NCBI GenBank assembly: GCA_010405405.1
Contig: MU004236.1
Coordinates: 1,060,070 to 1,124,069, forward strand
DNA length: 64,000 nucleotides
Direction: 5' to 3'
Source: Microthyrium microscopicum
Lineage: Eukaryota
Shown: one piece after another, positions 1-13,581 of the stretch
How positions within the stretch are numbered: the stretch's first letter is position 1
Layout of the letters: every line of letters starts with the position of its first letter
Made by a program: the position numbers and the translations under genes
The notes under the pieces: generated by a model
Told to the model about the DNA's origin: nothing
Seen by the model: the letters and a program-made list of their open reading frames with translations, nothing else
The model's database searches: none

Positions 1-786
1 AGACTCCTGTACTCTACCTGAAAACACCAAAAAATCAATGGAAGCGAGCCGTCCCGATGGAGTCTAAGGCTGTGACAGTGATGTGCATTTCATAGGCAGA
101 CCATTAGACCCTATAGGACCTAACAAAGTAGCGCCGGTGACCAACATCAATACCTGCAAACCATTATCACATAAATAGCAGTGTTGTACAAGTTAGACGG
201 TCAGCTTTTACGCTAAGTTTGTCGCACAGCATCTACAGAATACGGCTGACCCCATCAGCACCAGTCTACATTATTAGGTTCTATATTCCGATTCAGCAAG
301 TTCCCGATATGCACAAGGTAAGTAACTCGCATTCGCATCTCAAGCCCACCCTTGATACATTATATGTGTTATGTTAGTCATATGCTGCGGTGAGTTTAAA
401 AGATCGAGGTAAGCTCAGGTGGCTCGGCTTCAGCCGCAAGGGAATACAGCAGCTTAGTGCATAAACCAATGTCTGGTCACAGGGGCGGGTGATATCATAT
501 TCTAAAATTAAGAGAACAGTATCGATTAGTTTGATTAACGAGTGAAGCGGACATGACTTCAACTTTCTGGAAACTAAGTCCTGGTCTAAATGTACAATCA
601 AGCGATGTAGCCATAATACATTTGCAATCCAAGCTCCAAGAAAGTAAGAGAAGTTTTCGATAGACCATATACCTCTTTTTCTAATCTGCATCCATGACAT
701 ATGCTACATGTGTGCCAGTACTACTGACTGGTAAAACCTAGAGCATCTGAAACAGATATAGGTAGTAAAAGTATGACAGCTAAAAC

Positions 787-3290
787 TTAACGACGTTGTG
801 GGTTTTGAGGTTGATAAGCGTACGGTGACGTCCTTGAATTTGCGTCTCGCATCTCCGGAGCACCATTATTATCTGCACTGCGCGAATAATTCTGCCGTGC
901 CAGAGGAGATCTACCCGCTGCCGAGCGGTGAGCTGAGGTAGACAATCGATCTCTTGGACCTGGACCGGTGGGTGAAGTGGGACTAGTAGGCATTGCTCTT
1001 TGATCATACCCATCTGGACCAAGGACAGGCGAGCTTGGCACTGTCTGAGTTGGTGAGATTTCACCGTCCTTTAATTCCTCAGCGTCATGCATAAAGGCTG
1101 TCCCTTGGTCAGTCTCAAAGTATGCACCGCCAGCAGGTCGTTGTTCGTCCTGGTGTTGATGGTAAAGACGAGCGTCCTCAGGCGACATGAAAGACTCGAT
1201 CCGCCGTGGCATGTAAACGGATTGGTTGGTCGTTGTGCCAGAAGCCACGGAATCGTATGAAGTGCGTGGATGGAGTGGAACAGAAGAAACAGCGTGATTG
1301 CGGTTCATGGTGTCTGGTAGAGTCATTCCAGAATCATTGGAATGTTGATACCAGCCACCTGGTAGTCGATCGGCGGCGGCGAAGCGACCGTCAATATTAT
1401 CGCCAGGTTGGAGCGGAACATGCGTGGTCTGGCTGTTGCCCTTTCCAGTCACCGTAGAAGGCTTGAATGTTTCCGGAACCACATTGAGATCATCTCCTTC
1501 CGCCTCTGCTTGTTCGATTGCTTGCTGTGCTGTCGTTCCATCTTCGGCTTTGCCAGCATCGGCCCGTGGACCTCCCCATGTCCTCTGCCCAGCAGTAAAT
1601 ATACCATAGACCATATAAACCCAGTTGAAAAAGGGATTGACAATGAACATGACAGGATACAGTGTGAGCTTCCAGCGGCCAAGCTTGGCACCAAAGTATA
1701 TCATCAGAAGCCAATTGAGACCGAGGGATACTCCTATGAAGCCCACGGGAAGGTTCTTGACCTTCTGAGAAGTGGTCATAATGGACACAACCATGATGAG
1801 GAAAAGTAATGCGGTCGTTCTAATGGTGTTTTGCATAAATCGGATGACGCAAAGAATTGGGTACCTTTTCCAGAGTCGAACATCAGTAAGCATACAGACT
1901 TCGTTTGTGATGAAGCCCAGGAACCATCTTCGTCGCTGCTTCAACAAACTTCGATACGACCGTACTGCTTCAGTCTTGCAAAAGGCGCCTGTATTCATCT
2001 GGATTTGATATCTCTCTTTGGCTCCAACCATGAAAAGATGGGTTAACCAACGATCTTCTCCCAAATGGCATTTGCCGTAGTCAAATAAATCCTCGCACTG
2101 TTCAGCTTTATCCGCAAAGTAGTACTTGGACATCTTCCGGAAGGCAGAAAATCGAAGGATTGTCAAAGCACCAGGAAGACAAGTTACGGCACCGCATCCC
2201 GATTCGACAGATCGCTCAAAGAGTTGGCCATGAATGTACTCCATATCCTGAAGAAGTGTGATGAATTCGTTTCTGTCAGTGGTGGAAGTAATGACTCCAG
2301 TCATGGCCAACATGTTTCTCTTGCTGCCCGGTTTCAATTCCATCTCGTACATGAAGTTTTGTATACACACTCGGTCCAAAATACAGTCCGAGTCGATGAA
2401 AAGGATAAACAGGTTGTCATTTCGTTTGAGATATTCTGTGTAGATCTTGTCAATCAGTTTGAATGTCTTCTTCTGGGTAGATCGTTTTCCGCCATGGATA
2501 AATCGAGATACTGTAATTCTGCAGCCTCGATATGCGACATCTATGCTCTTTGGGTAGCTGTCCAGCGTTAATGGTACTCCAAGCCTCTCGATTGTGTTGA
2601 GATATAGTTCGTCTTCCTCATGACCGTCAAAGGACAGGAAAACATGCATGCAAGATGGAGGATAATCGCAGTCCACGATTGAATCAACTGTTCTGATGAG
2701 AACGTCCGGAATTTCCTTGTAGCACGGTAACACTATCACGACTTTCGGAGCCGAATGTTCATCCAGAACTTGTTTTATGCGCTGCTTTCGTCCAAGATCA
2801 TGGGTAACCAATTGATAAACGCAAAATAGCCATGGAACACTGAGTAGCCCAGCAAATGACCAAAAAGCGAACCATTGAAGAAATTCGACGAGGTGGAATG
2901 GGAAGTATTGGGTAACCTGACCAGGAAGCGGTAATGTAACAAGCATCACCGGTAAAAAGATTCCTCTATTATATCGTCAATGATGGTCTAGTAGGAAAGT
3001 GTTTTACAAACCTGAAGGCTAGGAACAGAAACATCATGAAAACCGCTAGAAGCTTAACCGACCACTGGTCGGCTTTTATGTATACTTTCACCAGGCAGTA
3101 CATGAAAGCGGCTACCCAGAGAAACCACTCTAGCAAAGCTGCTAGCATGATGAATCCAACAATAGCGACATAGACAATCTAAAACCCAGGTCAGCAACTG
3201 GATTAGAAACTCAATCGGTTCTCGTACATCTTTTGTCGCCCAATGTCCGTTCCAAGCGGGCAGCCCCGCCGGGCCTAGCTTTTGTTCCAT
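787..3290 (-). CDS. Chitin synthase, ChsD-type (class VI/VII depending on nomenclature), GT2 family, no myosin or cytochrome-b5 domain
   Basis: Motifs FIDSD (DxD), TCLPG, GEDRWLT and KQRRRW. ATG at 3290 (MEQKLGPAGLP). Two short GT-AG introns (~3179-3227, ~2967-3010) join N-terminal TM exons (IVYVAIVGFIMLAALLEWFLW...) to the 720-aa ORF. Confidence 0.92.
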
Positions 3291-3333
3291 AGTCGCTTTT
3301 GTAGGTTCGACGATGTTCGATATAAGGGATGAC

Positions 3334-3432
3334 CTGAAAAGATTAGCAAAATTCTTGACTTCAATATGCATCTCGCAATTGAAGTCTCCAGTGCTCTTCA
3401 AAGAACAAAGACGGGATTAGGAAAGAACTTAC
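3334..3432 (-). other. Intron in the 5' UTR of the chitin synthase gene
   Basis: GTAAGT donor at 3432, GCTAAT branch at 3347-3342, CAG acceptor at 3334. The spliced upstream exon has an in-frame TAA before any ATG, so it is non-coding. Confidence 0.65.
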
Positions 3433-4785
3433 CCAGACGATTGACAATTAGATGTGTTCCTCGATTACGATTACAAATATATCTGCAAGTGATCTGCCGT
3501 AAACTATGATATAGCAAAAGTTTACAGAATTGCTTGAGCGATTGGGTGCATGTCGTTGGGAAATGTAGGCAGAATTAGATGCAGGGGATGATGCAAGGAC
3601 GAGTGAAGACCAGAACAGTAACAGAGAGGAAGAAGAGAGGGTATCCCAACAAGACAAAATTATTAACGATCGCAAGATAGGAGAGAGTTATCGCCTAGAA
3701 GTTTCGATCTCTGGACTGCTCGCAGGTACGCCAAAGATGCGTGTCCTCCTCGATGAGCTCGATGGATCCACACTCTGACTGTAAGCTGGAGATGACAAGA
3801 TGGAGATTCGATACCAGGCCTGGGAATGGTGGTAGGTGGCGCAAAGTCCCGTTGGAAGCTGAATATTAGTTACTGCTGTCGAGTGAGCAATTTCGACCGG
3901 TCTGGAATTGATACGCGGAAACGCAGCAATCACACGGCTTCATCGCAGTAACCTTCCAGTCGAGTTTCAAAACGGGATCCAACAAGAAGGAGTTGACGAC
4001 ACACGAAAAGGCAGTCACTGCCAAAGGCGCAAAGGAAGGGAAGCACGATGCAAGCCTGCAACAATTCCTCACTCCAAAAGTTCTAAAAGCAGCATGACCA
4101 CCTGCCGCAGGATCAAAGCAGGAACCGCCAGGCAATTGAGAGTAAACCGATAGGGTTGTTGCTGCATTCGATATGCCAACACTCAGTATATTTTAGATCC
4201 CTAGTCTAGGTGACATTTTTGCCAGGAACATTGGACAACCAAGCGTCAAAAATGGGGAAGGAAGCAGGTCCCGAACTCCTGTGGATCGGGTGGTTAGATT
4301 GATGTTTAGACGAGCGTTATATTGCCTTTTGGAGATCCATGGCCCAAAACCCAGTCTTCACGAGTTGTCTGGCCAATCTTTTCAATTCAAGAACAAAGCT
4401 TAGAAAGACCCTTCGGCCCCGCTACAGTGCTGTTACGAGGGCAGTAGCTTGATCGAAGATGGAGCTGTCATCTTTTCAGCTTGAGCTTCCTCCTGGATGG
4501 TTGCTTCTAGAATAGGGGTACGACCCAAGATCGAGGGCTTGTCGACATAAGCTCACCAATATTGGGAAAGAGCTCACGCTTCGGGTGACCAGCATGACGA
4601 TGGCAAGGAGATGATAGACGGGGCAAAAGGCAAAGGGTTTACGTCCATGTCGACGAAAATGAAGATGAGGTGAAGTTACTCAAAAGCTTGCAAGGAGCTT
4701 TGATTGTCCTCTCTGATTGGCTGACTGTGCATATCCAAGAGTACAACATGTCTTCGCTTTTCGCCATCTGATACTCTCCCTCTAG

Positions 4786-4809
4786 TACATATATATATAT
4801 ATGTATATG
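4786..4809. repeat. (TA)n microsatellite
   Basis: tacatatatatatatatgtatatg. Confidence 0.7.
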
Positions 4810-5006
4810 CAGGACATTGATCTCTGACCAATCTGAAGGGCAAGAAGCCTTCTAACATTCAAAGTAAAACTTAAAGGCTGTTTTGTCTCCAGCAGTCTGT
4901 CGTCATATAGGAAATTAGGGACTGTATCCATTTCCAAGGAAAGCTGCAACTTTCATACGATGATCGCAAAACGCTTCAATTCTCATAATGCATCCAAATC
5001 CAACCC

Positions 5007-7683
5007 TCACGCCATCCCATCAGCATCCTGATCCCCCTCCGGCCTCACCAACACACTCCCCTCCGCCTCCGTCAACGCCAACGCCGCCTGCACACTCTCC
5101 ACAAAATTCTCCCTCCCACCACAGAGCTCAACAACGCCAGAAGACTCGAGCAACTTCCACACCCTGCTCCCATCCGGCGGCGGTCTACAGAAAACGACTT
5201 GCACATCCTGCTTCACATATCCCTCCACAATATCCCGCAACACCTGCGTGCCTGCGCCGTCCATGGACGTCACACCATGCACATCGAAAATAATGGTTTG
5301 ATTATGTTCCTTACGTCGGATAGGCGGTAATGCCGGATGTGCTTTCCCCGTTCCATGGTCTTCTAGCCTTCGTAAACGCGCTTTTAGAGACCCTGTGTTT
5401 GCAAAGGTAAGTGGTTCGGGAATTTTGACGATCAAACAGCCTTCGAAGAATTCAAGGCTGCCCGGCTGCCGCTCGGCGTTTTCAAAGCGATCGTTGGTGC
5501 CAGGTACGCGGCCAAGGATTTGGATGCGTGGGCGCGTAGCATGGTGGATGACGCGCAGGAGGGAGAGACCAATACCGACAGCGATGCCGATTTTGAGATT
5601 CCAGAAGATTGTGGAAAGAAAGATGAGGGCCATGAGGAGGAGCTCAGAGTAGCCGCGGATTTGGATGAAGAAGTGGAGATCTTCGGGCATTTCTTCGAGG
5701 AGGGACCATGCTACGACGGATATCATGGCTGCGAGTACGCCTTTCTGGAGAACAGTTAGTCTCACCGTCGTTTAAGGTTGAACACACTGTCAACTTACTG
5801 GTAGGTAGTAGAAATAAGGGGTAAGGCATAACACGCTCAGAAGCGTGATCAATGACAGAAATACGCTGCTCATTGGCGTCTTGCCTCCAGTAGAAGCATT
5901 CACTTTGCTCCTTCCATAGCCACCAAAAGCCGGAAGCGCCATGAACAAGCCGCCAACGACATTTGCCGTGCCTAAAGCAACAAGCTCCCTATTGGGACTC
6001 AAATGCATATTCTTAATAACCGAACCTGTCTTCTCCCCTGTACCCAGGCTCTTTGCGGCGACTGAAGACTCAAAGAAGCCCAAAAGTGCAATGACAAATG
6101 CTGTGCTAAACGCATCAGACGCGATCTTCAGGGTAGAAGGCACATATGGCCAGCGAACACGAAAGACTGCTCCGCCAGTATGAACGTTGCCGAGGACATC
6201 GACTCCTTTTAGGTCCAAACGAAAGTAATATGTGATGAATGCGGATAAAACAACAATAATGAAGCGATCGGGTATATATGCGACGGACGGGTAGCGAGGT
6301 TGTAAATGACTTTTGGTTTGCCTGTATTTGGTGTCAGCTTGAATGCGACACAGTATCTTGACCTTGAAACTAACCTGCAAATCATGATAATGACAAAAGA
6401 ACCCAAAGACAGCGCAGTAGTCGCGCCATGCGCCCATCCCATGTACTCCAACAAGAACACCATTTTGTCCACACAGCTGCCATGTAGAACGCCGCCTACC
6501 TCCGCTGCTTTTGAGTTAAGTCCAAGTTCGGGTATAAGCTGATCAATGAAAATCACAATTCCAATAGCGCTGATAAATCCTCGCTGAAAAGGGCGGCTTA
6601 ACACATTGTCCAGAAAACCCAGACGGAAGACACCACCAAGAAGAATGATGAATCCTGCCGTGAATGTGACCATGCCTCCTACTTCTGCAGACCGCCGGCC
6701 ATCTTCATCGTTTACATCTCCTCTGTTTATGCTTTCTTTCACGACCTGGCCAGTCAATAAGGAGCCGGCCGCCTCTGGCCCAACTACCATCTGCGGACAT
6801 GTGCCTAAAAGGGCGTATATGAAAGGATTGAAAACGAATGCGTAGAGGCCGTTTAGAGCAGGGACGTGGCCAAGATTTGAGGCTAACGAGAGGGCCATAG
6901 GTATATAGAAGGACGCCATAGTAATAGCAGCGATCAAATCGCCTTGAAAGTACGACCATCTGTATTGCCGTATCCAGTTGAGAAAGGGAAAGTAATAATA
7001 GAGATATCTAATTGAAAATTAGCAACGCCGTTCCAACTTTCTCCGATATACAAATCATACATTTTCCGTCGTCCTCGTATGCCGTATTTTTGTGCCAGCC
7101 TTGTCGCTGTAGACATACTTGCGGACTCATTATCTGTTATAATGCCATCTATAGTTGAAGATAGACCTTCTGCATCCGTCTCGACTGATCGTATTGACTC
7201 GGAGTCTCCTGGATATGCGCGACCCTCGCCAAAAGTAGCAAGAAAGGACTGGAAGCTATCATAAGTTTTACTTAATCTAGGCCTGGCTGAACTCTTCTTT
7301 CGAGACACATCTGGGTTAGAAGCGGACAGTAGTCCGGTAGATTCTGTTGGTTCAGGTTCCTCGTTAGGTCGTCGAGTATTGGAAGAAGAACTACCAGACT
7401 CTGCACTCCCATTCCCGCTCGCTTGTGTGTCGCTTGGTCTGGTCATGAATGGAGTGTGGAAACGATCGTCAGGACTCGGAGTCCTCGCCGCGACGGTGGA
7501 GTTGCGAAGGCCTGAAGGCTGAGCGGGTGTGTAGAATTGGTCTCGTCGAGATATGGAGCCTGTTGATGATTGCCTTGATCTGGCAGAGCGTGAGGGTGTG
7601 GAAGGAGGGCTAAGAGAATTTGTAGGCTGAGATGGAGGAGATTTTGGCGGTGATGTTGAGGACGGTTTTGGAGGGCTAGACAT
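5007..7683 (-). CDS. SulP/SLC26 sulfate/anion transporter with C-terminal STAS domain (YPR003C-like)
   Basis: DLIAAITMASFYIPMALS, GLYAFVFNPFIYALLG, MVVGPEAA, NRELVALG, GGYGRSKVN, and STAS motifs PEPLTFANTG...IIFD...MDGAG. About 3 introns; Ser/Pro-rich N-terminus from ATG 7683. Confidence 0.93.
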
Positions 7684-8504
7684 GGTTTGGAGAGCGTGGA
7701 GAGAATTGATCAATTGCTACGCGGAGCATGGAAGGAGCGACGAGGGATGCTGTTGTAGCAGAGCGTAGTTGGAGGTAAGCTAAGCGGGCATTGCACAAGA
7801 AGCAAGGAAAATAAGGTAGATTTGTGTTCCGGAGAAGAGTAGCAATGAGGTTGGAGCTCAAGGCGAAGATTTGGAGAATCCGAGAATGACAAAAGAAGTG
7901 CTCACTGCGATATCGACCTAGATCCCTGCAAGAACTACCCTGGCCGCTCAATGAGATCATCTGCATCGACCATGTGGTATCGTCTATGTAGATGCCGGTC
8001 CTTTCTCTACAATATTGTACATTTTGATAGAGCCATCTACTATGGGCGTCGAATAGGACGAGTTGTGGCTAAATCAAAAAAGTTTATGTATGATAGACAC
8101 CAGAGCCTTTTGGTGTTGAGTCGCGACTCGCGACGCCTGTCACTTTTCAGCCGCATACCGGTACCGTACCCACCAATCAATGCACATGTATTGCACACCA
8201 TACGGTATCTGCAACTTTCGTTGCTGTGCGAGATTAGGTGTACTGGACGATGTGTAGAAGTTTAGAACGGTCACTTAGAAATAGGTCCCAGCGGATAAAG
8301 TGGAAGGAAGAACTGAAGATATGTACTGCGACATACTATCCACATTGATTATAAACTAATTTACTTTTCTAGTAAGATATCCAGCTCATTAGAAAATAAA
8401 TATCTTCATGAACATTCATGGTAGCGACTGAATTCGCCAAACGGCCATCAGTTCGATGCAAAGGGTATAGAACGCTAAAGAAAGATGATGACTCTATATC
8501 GACT

Positions 8505-10610
8505 TTATATGTTATGTCCAGAATCCGTTTTTGCGACTGGTGTCAAAGTTGCCGTGCTATTTGTGTTAGATGTGTAATCTGTATGTTCTCCCGTAAAGAT
8601 AGGGGGCAGTTTTGGAGAGAATGGTCCCTCAATGTCAAGTTTATATGCGTCCTCGTGTTCGGCCGATGAGATTGACCCATGCGAATCACTTGCTTTAGTT
8701 GAAGACGGGGCTTCCTCCTTGGTCATGCTGTATACGCTGCTTCCTCTCGATATTGGCCGGTCAACGATGTCTTCAGAAGACTGGGCTTTGTTAATGGTAG
8801 CTAAGGTTGGGGCTGTTGACCGAGATGGTGATTGAGATCGGGCGTTTCTGGTGCGATTTGGATTCCTTGATGGCAAAGCTGGTGGGATAGCTTTGGCTAC
8901 TGTGACCAAACGAGCCTTGCGGATGATTTGTGGTGAGGCAGTTACGATTTTGGGTGCACTGACTTCAATAATTTCAGAGAATTCTACTCCGTCGTCATCA
9001 GAGCTGTCTTCATCGTCTGCGTCAGCATCCTCGTCGGTTTTGTGGATGGGAACTTCTTGATTGGAGGATTGGGAAATCGGTCGCTTTGAGGCTTCCTGTA
9101 TTTTGCCATTCTTAATGGATTTTGCACCTTCATTTCCAACAAGCGCATTGGGCAGGCTTGTGGTGACAGGTCGGGCTTCGTCTTCCTGTACAGAAGACGA
9201 CATTTCCTTCAAGATGGAGTTTTGTGGCTGTGTTGGAGACATGGGCGAGGTAGCCGCGTCTCTTTGGAATGAAACAGCTTCGTTGGATGATGTTTGCAAC
9301 GGACTAACAGGTTCATTTGCAAGTGATGGAACAGGAGATACCACTCTAGCTTGGGCAACAATTGTGTTGTCAATGCTACCAATCTCTGGTATTCCAGCCA
9401 TGTTCGCTACAAAAGCGCCGCTTTGAGGTCTCGATGGTAGTGCCGGGGGTTCTGAATCAGTTTGTGTTGAGATTTCCCTCATTTGTGTGGATCTTTCTGT
9501 TATGCTTGTCTTCCAGCTACTACGTCGGCTATCAAAGTCAATGCTCCTCGGTCGACTTCCGGTGCCACCGAAAGCATGAAACAAGGGACTTGATGGACTA
9601 GGTGCAAACTGAAAGCTCTCTCTTGATGCAGGTTTGCGAGTTCCAGCTTCTCTGATTTCCAACCCTTCTTTCTCTAGAGCCAGAACCCCATATGGATCTG
9701 GATCTTCTTTGTCAGGCACACCAAAGACATGGCCAGATGCAATGTCAAAATCGCTGGGTGCTGCCTCCGTTGAAAGCATGGCTGGGTCGACGTCCGTATC
9801 TCCTTGTGCCAATTTGATGGTTTGTATTAAGCGTTGTACCTCTTCCGGTGGCTTCGTCACTCTTCCTGCCAGAATTTCCGCCACTGGAATCTTTCGGCCA
9901 TAAAACCGTTCGTTCTCGTCTGTTCGCTCAATAATTATGGAACCATCAAGCTGAACACCTGCGTAGAAGCCCCTGCTCTTGAGATATGTGAATATGGGAG
10001 CTCGTCTTTTATGGACTTCAGATTCCAAGAAACCTCCAACTCCAACAGGGCCAGCAACAGCACTGATTTCGCCGCCCAAAGTGCATCTGATCTTGGAAAA
10101 GGCGGCGACGGCTTCGTCCGTATTCAAAACGACAACGCAGTCGTATATATCAACGCCAATCAAGAACCCAACTCCAGCGGTATGTAGCAAGATGCCTGAT
10201 GGTGGCGACCATGTGCCATCAGGTAGTCGAGCGACTAGAACACCACTGCCTCCAGCACCAGAAACCCATAGGCCCGTTCGCATGGTGGTAAACACCGCAA
10301 GTCCTTTGGCATTTTTTATAACCTCGGCGGGAATTTTCTTGAGCACTTTGGAGTATCGTTTCTTCGGCGCATCGATCTCTGTTTCGCCATCTGGTGAGGT
10401 TGGGGTCTGCTGGTCCTCGTAAAAGCCATCTTTGCAGAAACTTCTTAAGATGCGCGCCGCCTTGTCAATCTCCTTGTCGAGTGTCGTTGGCCAGAATGCT
10501 TCCGATCCTACTTTGTTGGCCAGTCGATTCACTGGCGCTCCCAGCTTATCCGCCCATCCCCATACGCGGTCGAAGCCCGCCTTGCTCGTGGATCGTGCCC
10601 TTAGCCACAT
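8505..10610 (-). CDS. SYLF/Ysc84 actin- and lipid-binding domain protein (LSB3/SH3YL1-like N-terminus) with long disordered C-terminus, no SH3 domain seen
   Basis: KIPAEVIKNAKGLAVF, SGAGGSGVLVARLPDGTWSPPS, TLGGEISAVAGPVG, YLKSRGFYAGVQLDGSIIIERTDENERFYG; single 701-aa ORF. Confidence 0.88.
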   Translation of the reverse strand: MWLRARSTSKAGFDRVWGWADKLGAPVNRLANKVGSEAFWPTTLDKEIDKAARILRSFCKDGFYEDQQTPTSPDGETEIDAPKKRYSKVLKKIPAEVIKNAKGLAVFTTMRTGLWVSGAGGSGVLVARLPDGTWSPPSGILLHTAGVGFLIGVDIYDCVVVLNTDEAVAAFSKIRCTLGGEISAVAGPVGVGGFLESEVHKRRAPIFTYLKSRGFYAGVQLDGSIIIERTDENERFYGRKIPVAEILAGRVTKPPEEVQRLIQTIKLAQGDTDVDPAMLSTEAAPSDFDIASGHVFGVPDKEDPDPYGVLALEKEGLEIREAGTRKPASRESFQFAPSPSSPLFHAFGGTGSRPRSIDFDSRRSSWKTSITERSTQMREISTQTDSEPPALPSRPQSGAFVANMAGIPEIGSIDNTIVAQARVVSPVPSLANEPVSPLQTSSNEAVSFQRDAATSPMSPTQPQNSILKEMSSSVQEDEARPVTTSLPNALVGNEGAKSIKNGKIQEASKRPISQSSNQEVPIHKTDEDADADDEDSSDDDGVEFSEIIEVSAPKIVTASPQIIRKARLVTVAKAIPPALPSRNPNRTRNARSQSPSRSTAPTLATINKAQSSEDIVDRPISRGSSVYSMTKEEAPSSTKASDSHGSISSAEHEDAYKLDIEGPFSPKLPPIFTGEHTDYTSNTNSTATLTPVAKTDSGHNI

Positions 10611-11954
10611 GGCTCGGTCAATGGGTGGAATCCAAGAACCCGAGCGGGGCGATCAGGTTCGCAGTGGTCGTCAGGTCTTCAGCGAGAGGTCGCGAGAGGT
10701 ACGGCTGCTTCGGCCAAATGCCGGAAAATTAATAGACAAAGACGCATGCGATGGTCAGGTCCTCGAAGAAATCTTGGGTTGGAAGGTTGGGGCGAATTAT
10801 GGAACAGGATGACGACTGTGGAGGAAAATTTGACGGTTTGAGAGCGGGGAAATTATTGGTGTTGTAATGGCGTCCCAGGACTGCGCAACTCTGTGGCAGT
10901 CATAGACTGTTGGAAGAAATGGATGAGAAAGAAATAGCAAGAGGCGATATTGACAAGCTGAAAATCAGGTAGAATAGAATTTGGGATTAGTAGGGAAGAG
11001 TAGTGAGGCGGAGGATTACAAGGACTAGACTGCATCATGTAATCCCTTCCCGCCCGTGCCCGGAACTTGGAGAATAAGATACATTGTGCTAAGTAACCAG
11101 CGTGCCAGCTAACTTAGAGGCTGGGGAAGTCTGATCCACTGCATTCTGCATAAGCGCTTGATTCTGCCTTGTTTGTCTTCTGATATTACTAAATCCAGCT
11201 AGCTTACACGCCACGGATTGACGCGGAGTACATAATGTCCTGCATACCCAACCTTCTACTCAATCTCTGCCAGATGAGCAAGACAAACTCGACACTCTTT
11301 TCTCTCACCAACAGCCGCGGCAAGCCGGCCATATCTTTCGTAGCCACAACTAGAAGCTGGAAAATCCATGCGAATCGAGGCGGCTTTCATTCACCTATTT
11401 TGGCTACGGAGGGCAAGGAAATATGCAGTCGCGTCTGTACCTGGCTATACCTGATTGCGCCTAAGCTTTTCTGATACTTTTCCATGGATCTGGATATTTG
11501 CCCATATGGATTCTAGGATCAAGCTTGTCCAGCCACGAGAAACTTGGGAAATGCGCCTACTAAGTCCTTCCCCATATCAACACTCCGAAAAGGGCATCGA
11601 ATCGTGTCTCATCAAGCCTTGGCGATCCCAAAAGGGCGTCGAGAATCCCACACCCAGCCCCTCGTATTTGTGTTGAGATACCGTAGTGTTCTATACAAAT
11701 GTACCAGAGCTTCTCACATTCTATGAGAGCTGTGAAGGCCAATCAAAATATACTCTAAGACATGGACAATCCTCTTGTGCTCTGAATGGCCCTCAACAAC
11801 GACGAAAATGAGGCTATCGAGTTTTCCTACTTTCGGCTAGTATAAGCCAACCAGGAGACGGAATGGAGAATTGTGATTCATTGAATTGCGTGTTACTATT
11901 ATTATGTACAGTCGTAATGCTCGTCTAACATCGCACATCAAAGACCGCGTTTGA

Positions 11955-13581
11955 TCAGTACTTGAACCCACCAATACGTTTGGAGAAAAAGCCATCCGAG
12001 TCCATCTCTTTTTGCAACTGGGAGAAAGCATTATACTCTGCATAGGACTGCGTCACTGGCTGGTTATCCTGTGCGTCATTGATGAAGTACGGGGTGTAGT
12101 TCTCCAGCTTGACCTTGACATTGGCTTTCGAGGAATACTTTGACTCGAGAGTGGTGCGAAGGGCTGCAGCCTGGGTGGTGATGTTGGCGCCAGCTGTTCG
12201 GACTCCTGCGTCGGCGCTCTTCGCCCAGGTCAAATAGGTCTAATCTTCTGTCAGCTCATTTCTTCCATCTTGGGGCAAATTGTCACTTACCAACTCAATG
12301 ATGAATCTGGGGCCATCAGTCGATTTGAGTCCCATGGCATTACCGCCAGCTGCTTCTGAAGCCTTTCCGATATATGATGGGAAGGATTGGAATGCGATTG
12401 ATGGAACAGATAACCCCAGATTTGCAGCCTCAGAGGCATTATTCCAGATTTGTACAATACCCTTTTGGAACTCGGCCGCGCTGTCTCCAGGAAGGTTTGG
12501 AAGCGTCATGCTTCGGAAGCTTGTTCGAACGCCAGGAATCTCGTTCGCCCCACGGCCATTTCCTTGCAACAAATCGGCATAACTGCGAGTGGAGCAACTG
12601 TCCGAGAGGTGAGTAATGTTTTCGAATTTCTTGAACACGCCAACTGGCGGCGTAGGACCGTGCCAGAAGTAGAACATAAGCACGACGTTGATTCCAGCGA
12701 CTCTCTCAAGCGTCAATATAATTGCAGCTCGCGGATCCACGGGACTTTCAGTGAAATCATGGAACGCTTCAAGCAACGCGGGAATGGAGCCGGAGCTATA
12801 GATCCTCTGGCCTCCCCAAACTTGGACGACTGGGAAAGCCTTCATCGTGAATTGAGTAACGATTCCAAAATTGTTGGTACTGCCTCGCATGGCTCTCATG
12901 AGGGTGGGGTTCTTCGCCATGTTGACTGTCCCGATCGTTCCATTGGGGAAGACGGTCTCGAATTCTACAACGGTCTGCAGCATATCAGTCAGTGATAACG
13001 TTCATTCCAGTGTCAAAGCTGGTACTTACATCGGCAGCCAAGCCATACTGAGCGCTCAAAAAGGATATTCCACCTCCAGTGATGTATCCTCCGATTCCCA
13101 CAACTCCTAGTCGACCACCCACGATTGATACATTATATTGCTGGATACCTGCGATGGCGTCTTGCCACGGTCCGCCGGGTAGTAGTTTGGCCAGTCCAGT
13201 TGATTGGTCGTAGGTAATGCCCTTCATTCGCGCCATGGCAATTACGACACCTCCAGGCACCGAACTTTGGCCCGGATTGGGATCGTGACCGCCGCTTTTG
13301 ACCGTCCACTTCACTGCTGTGTAGGGTCGAAGCGCACCCAATGCTGTCGAGACGTCTTGCGTAGTATTTGGGAAGACAATACACGCGGGTATCTCGTCTT
13401 TGTTGACATAGCTCCAGTAGTTTGCTTGCTCTGTCTTGAATTCCGAGTCGCCACTGTACTTGACATGTGTTGGCAAAGCTGTGTCAATTGCTTTGCATGC
13501 ATCTGCAGCAGTACCTGATGAGAGGTCCGCAGATACAGATATTGCGCTTACAAGAAGCGAAATGAGAACAAGAGACTTCAT
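11955..13581 (-). CDS. Secreted FAD-binding oxidoreductase (VAO/berberine-bridge-enzyme-like)
   Basis: Signal peptide MKSLVLISLLVSAISVSA; PACIVFP, VKSGGHD (covalent-FAD His), VVGIGGYITGGG, MRGSTNNFGIVT; two introns. Confidence 0.88.
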
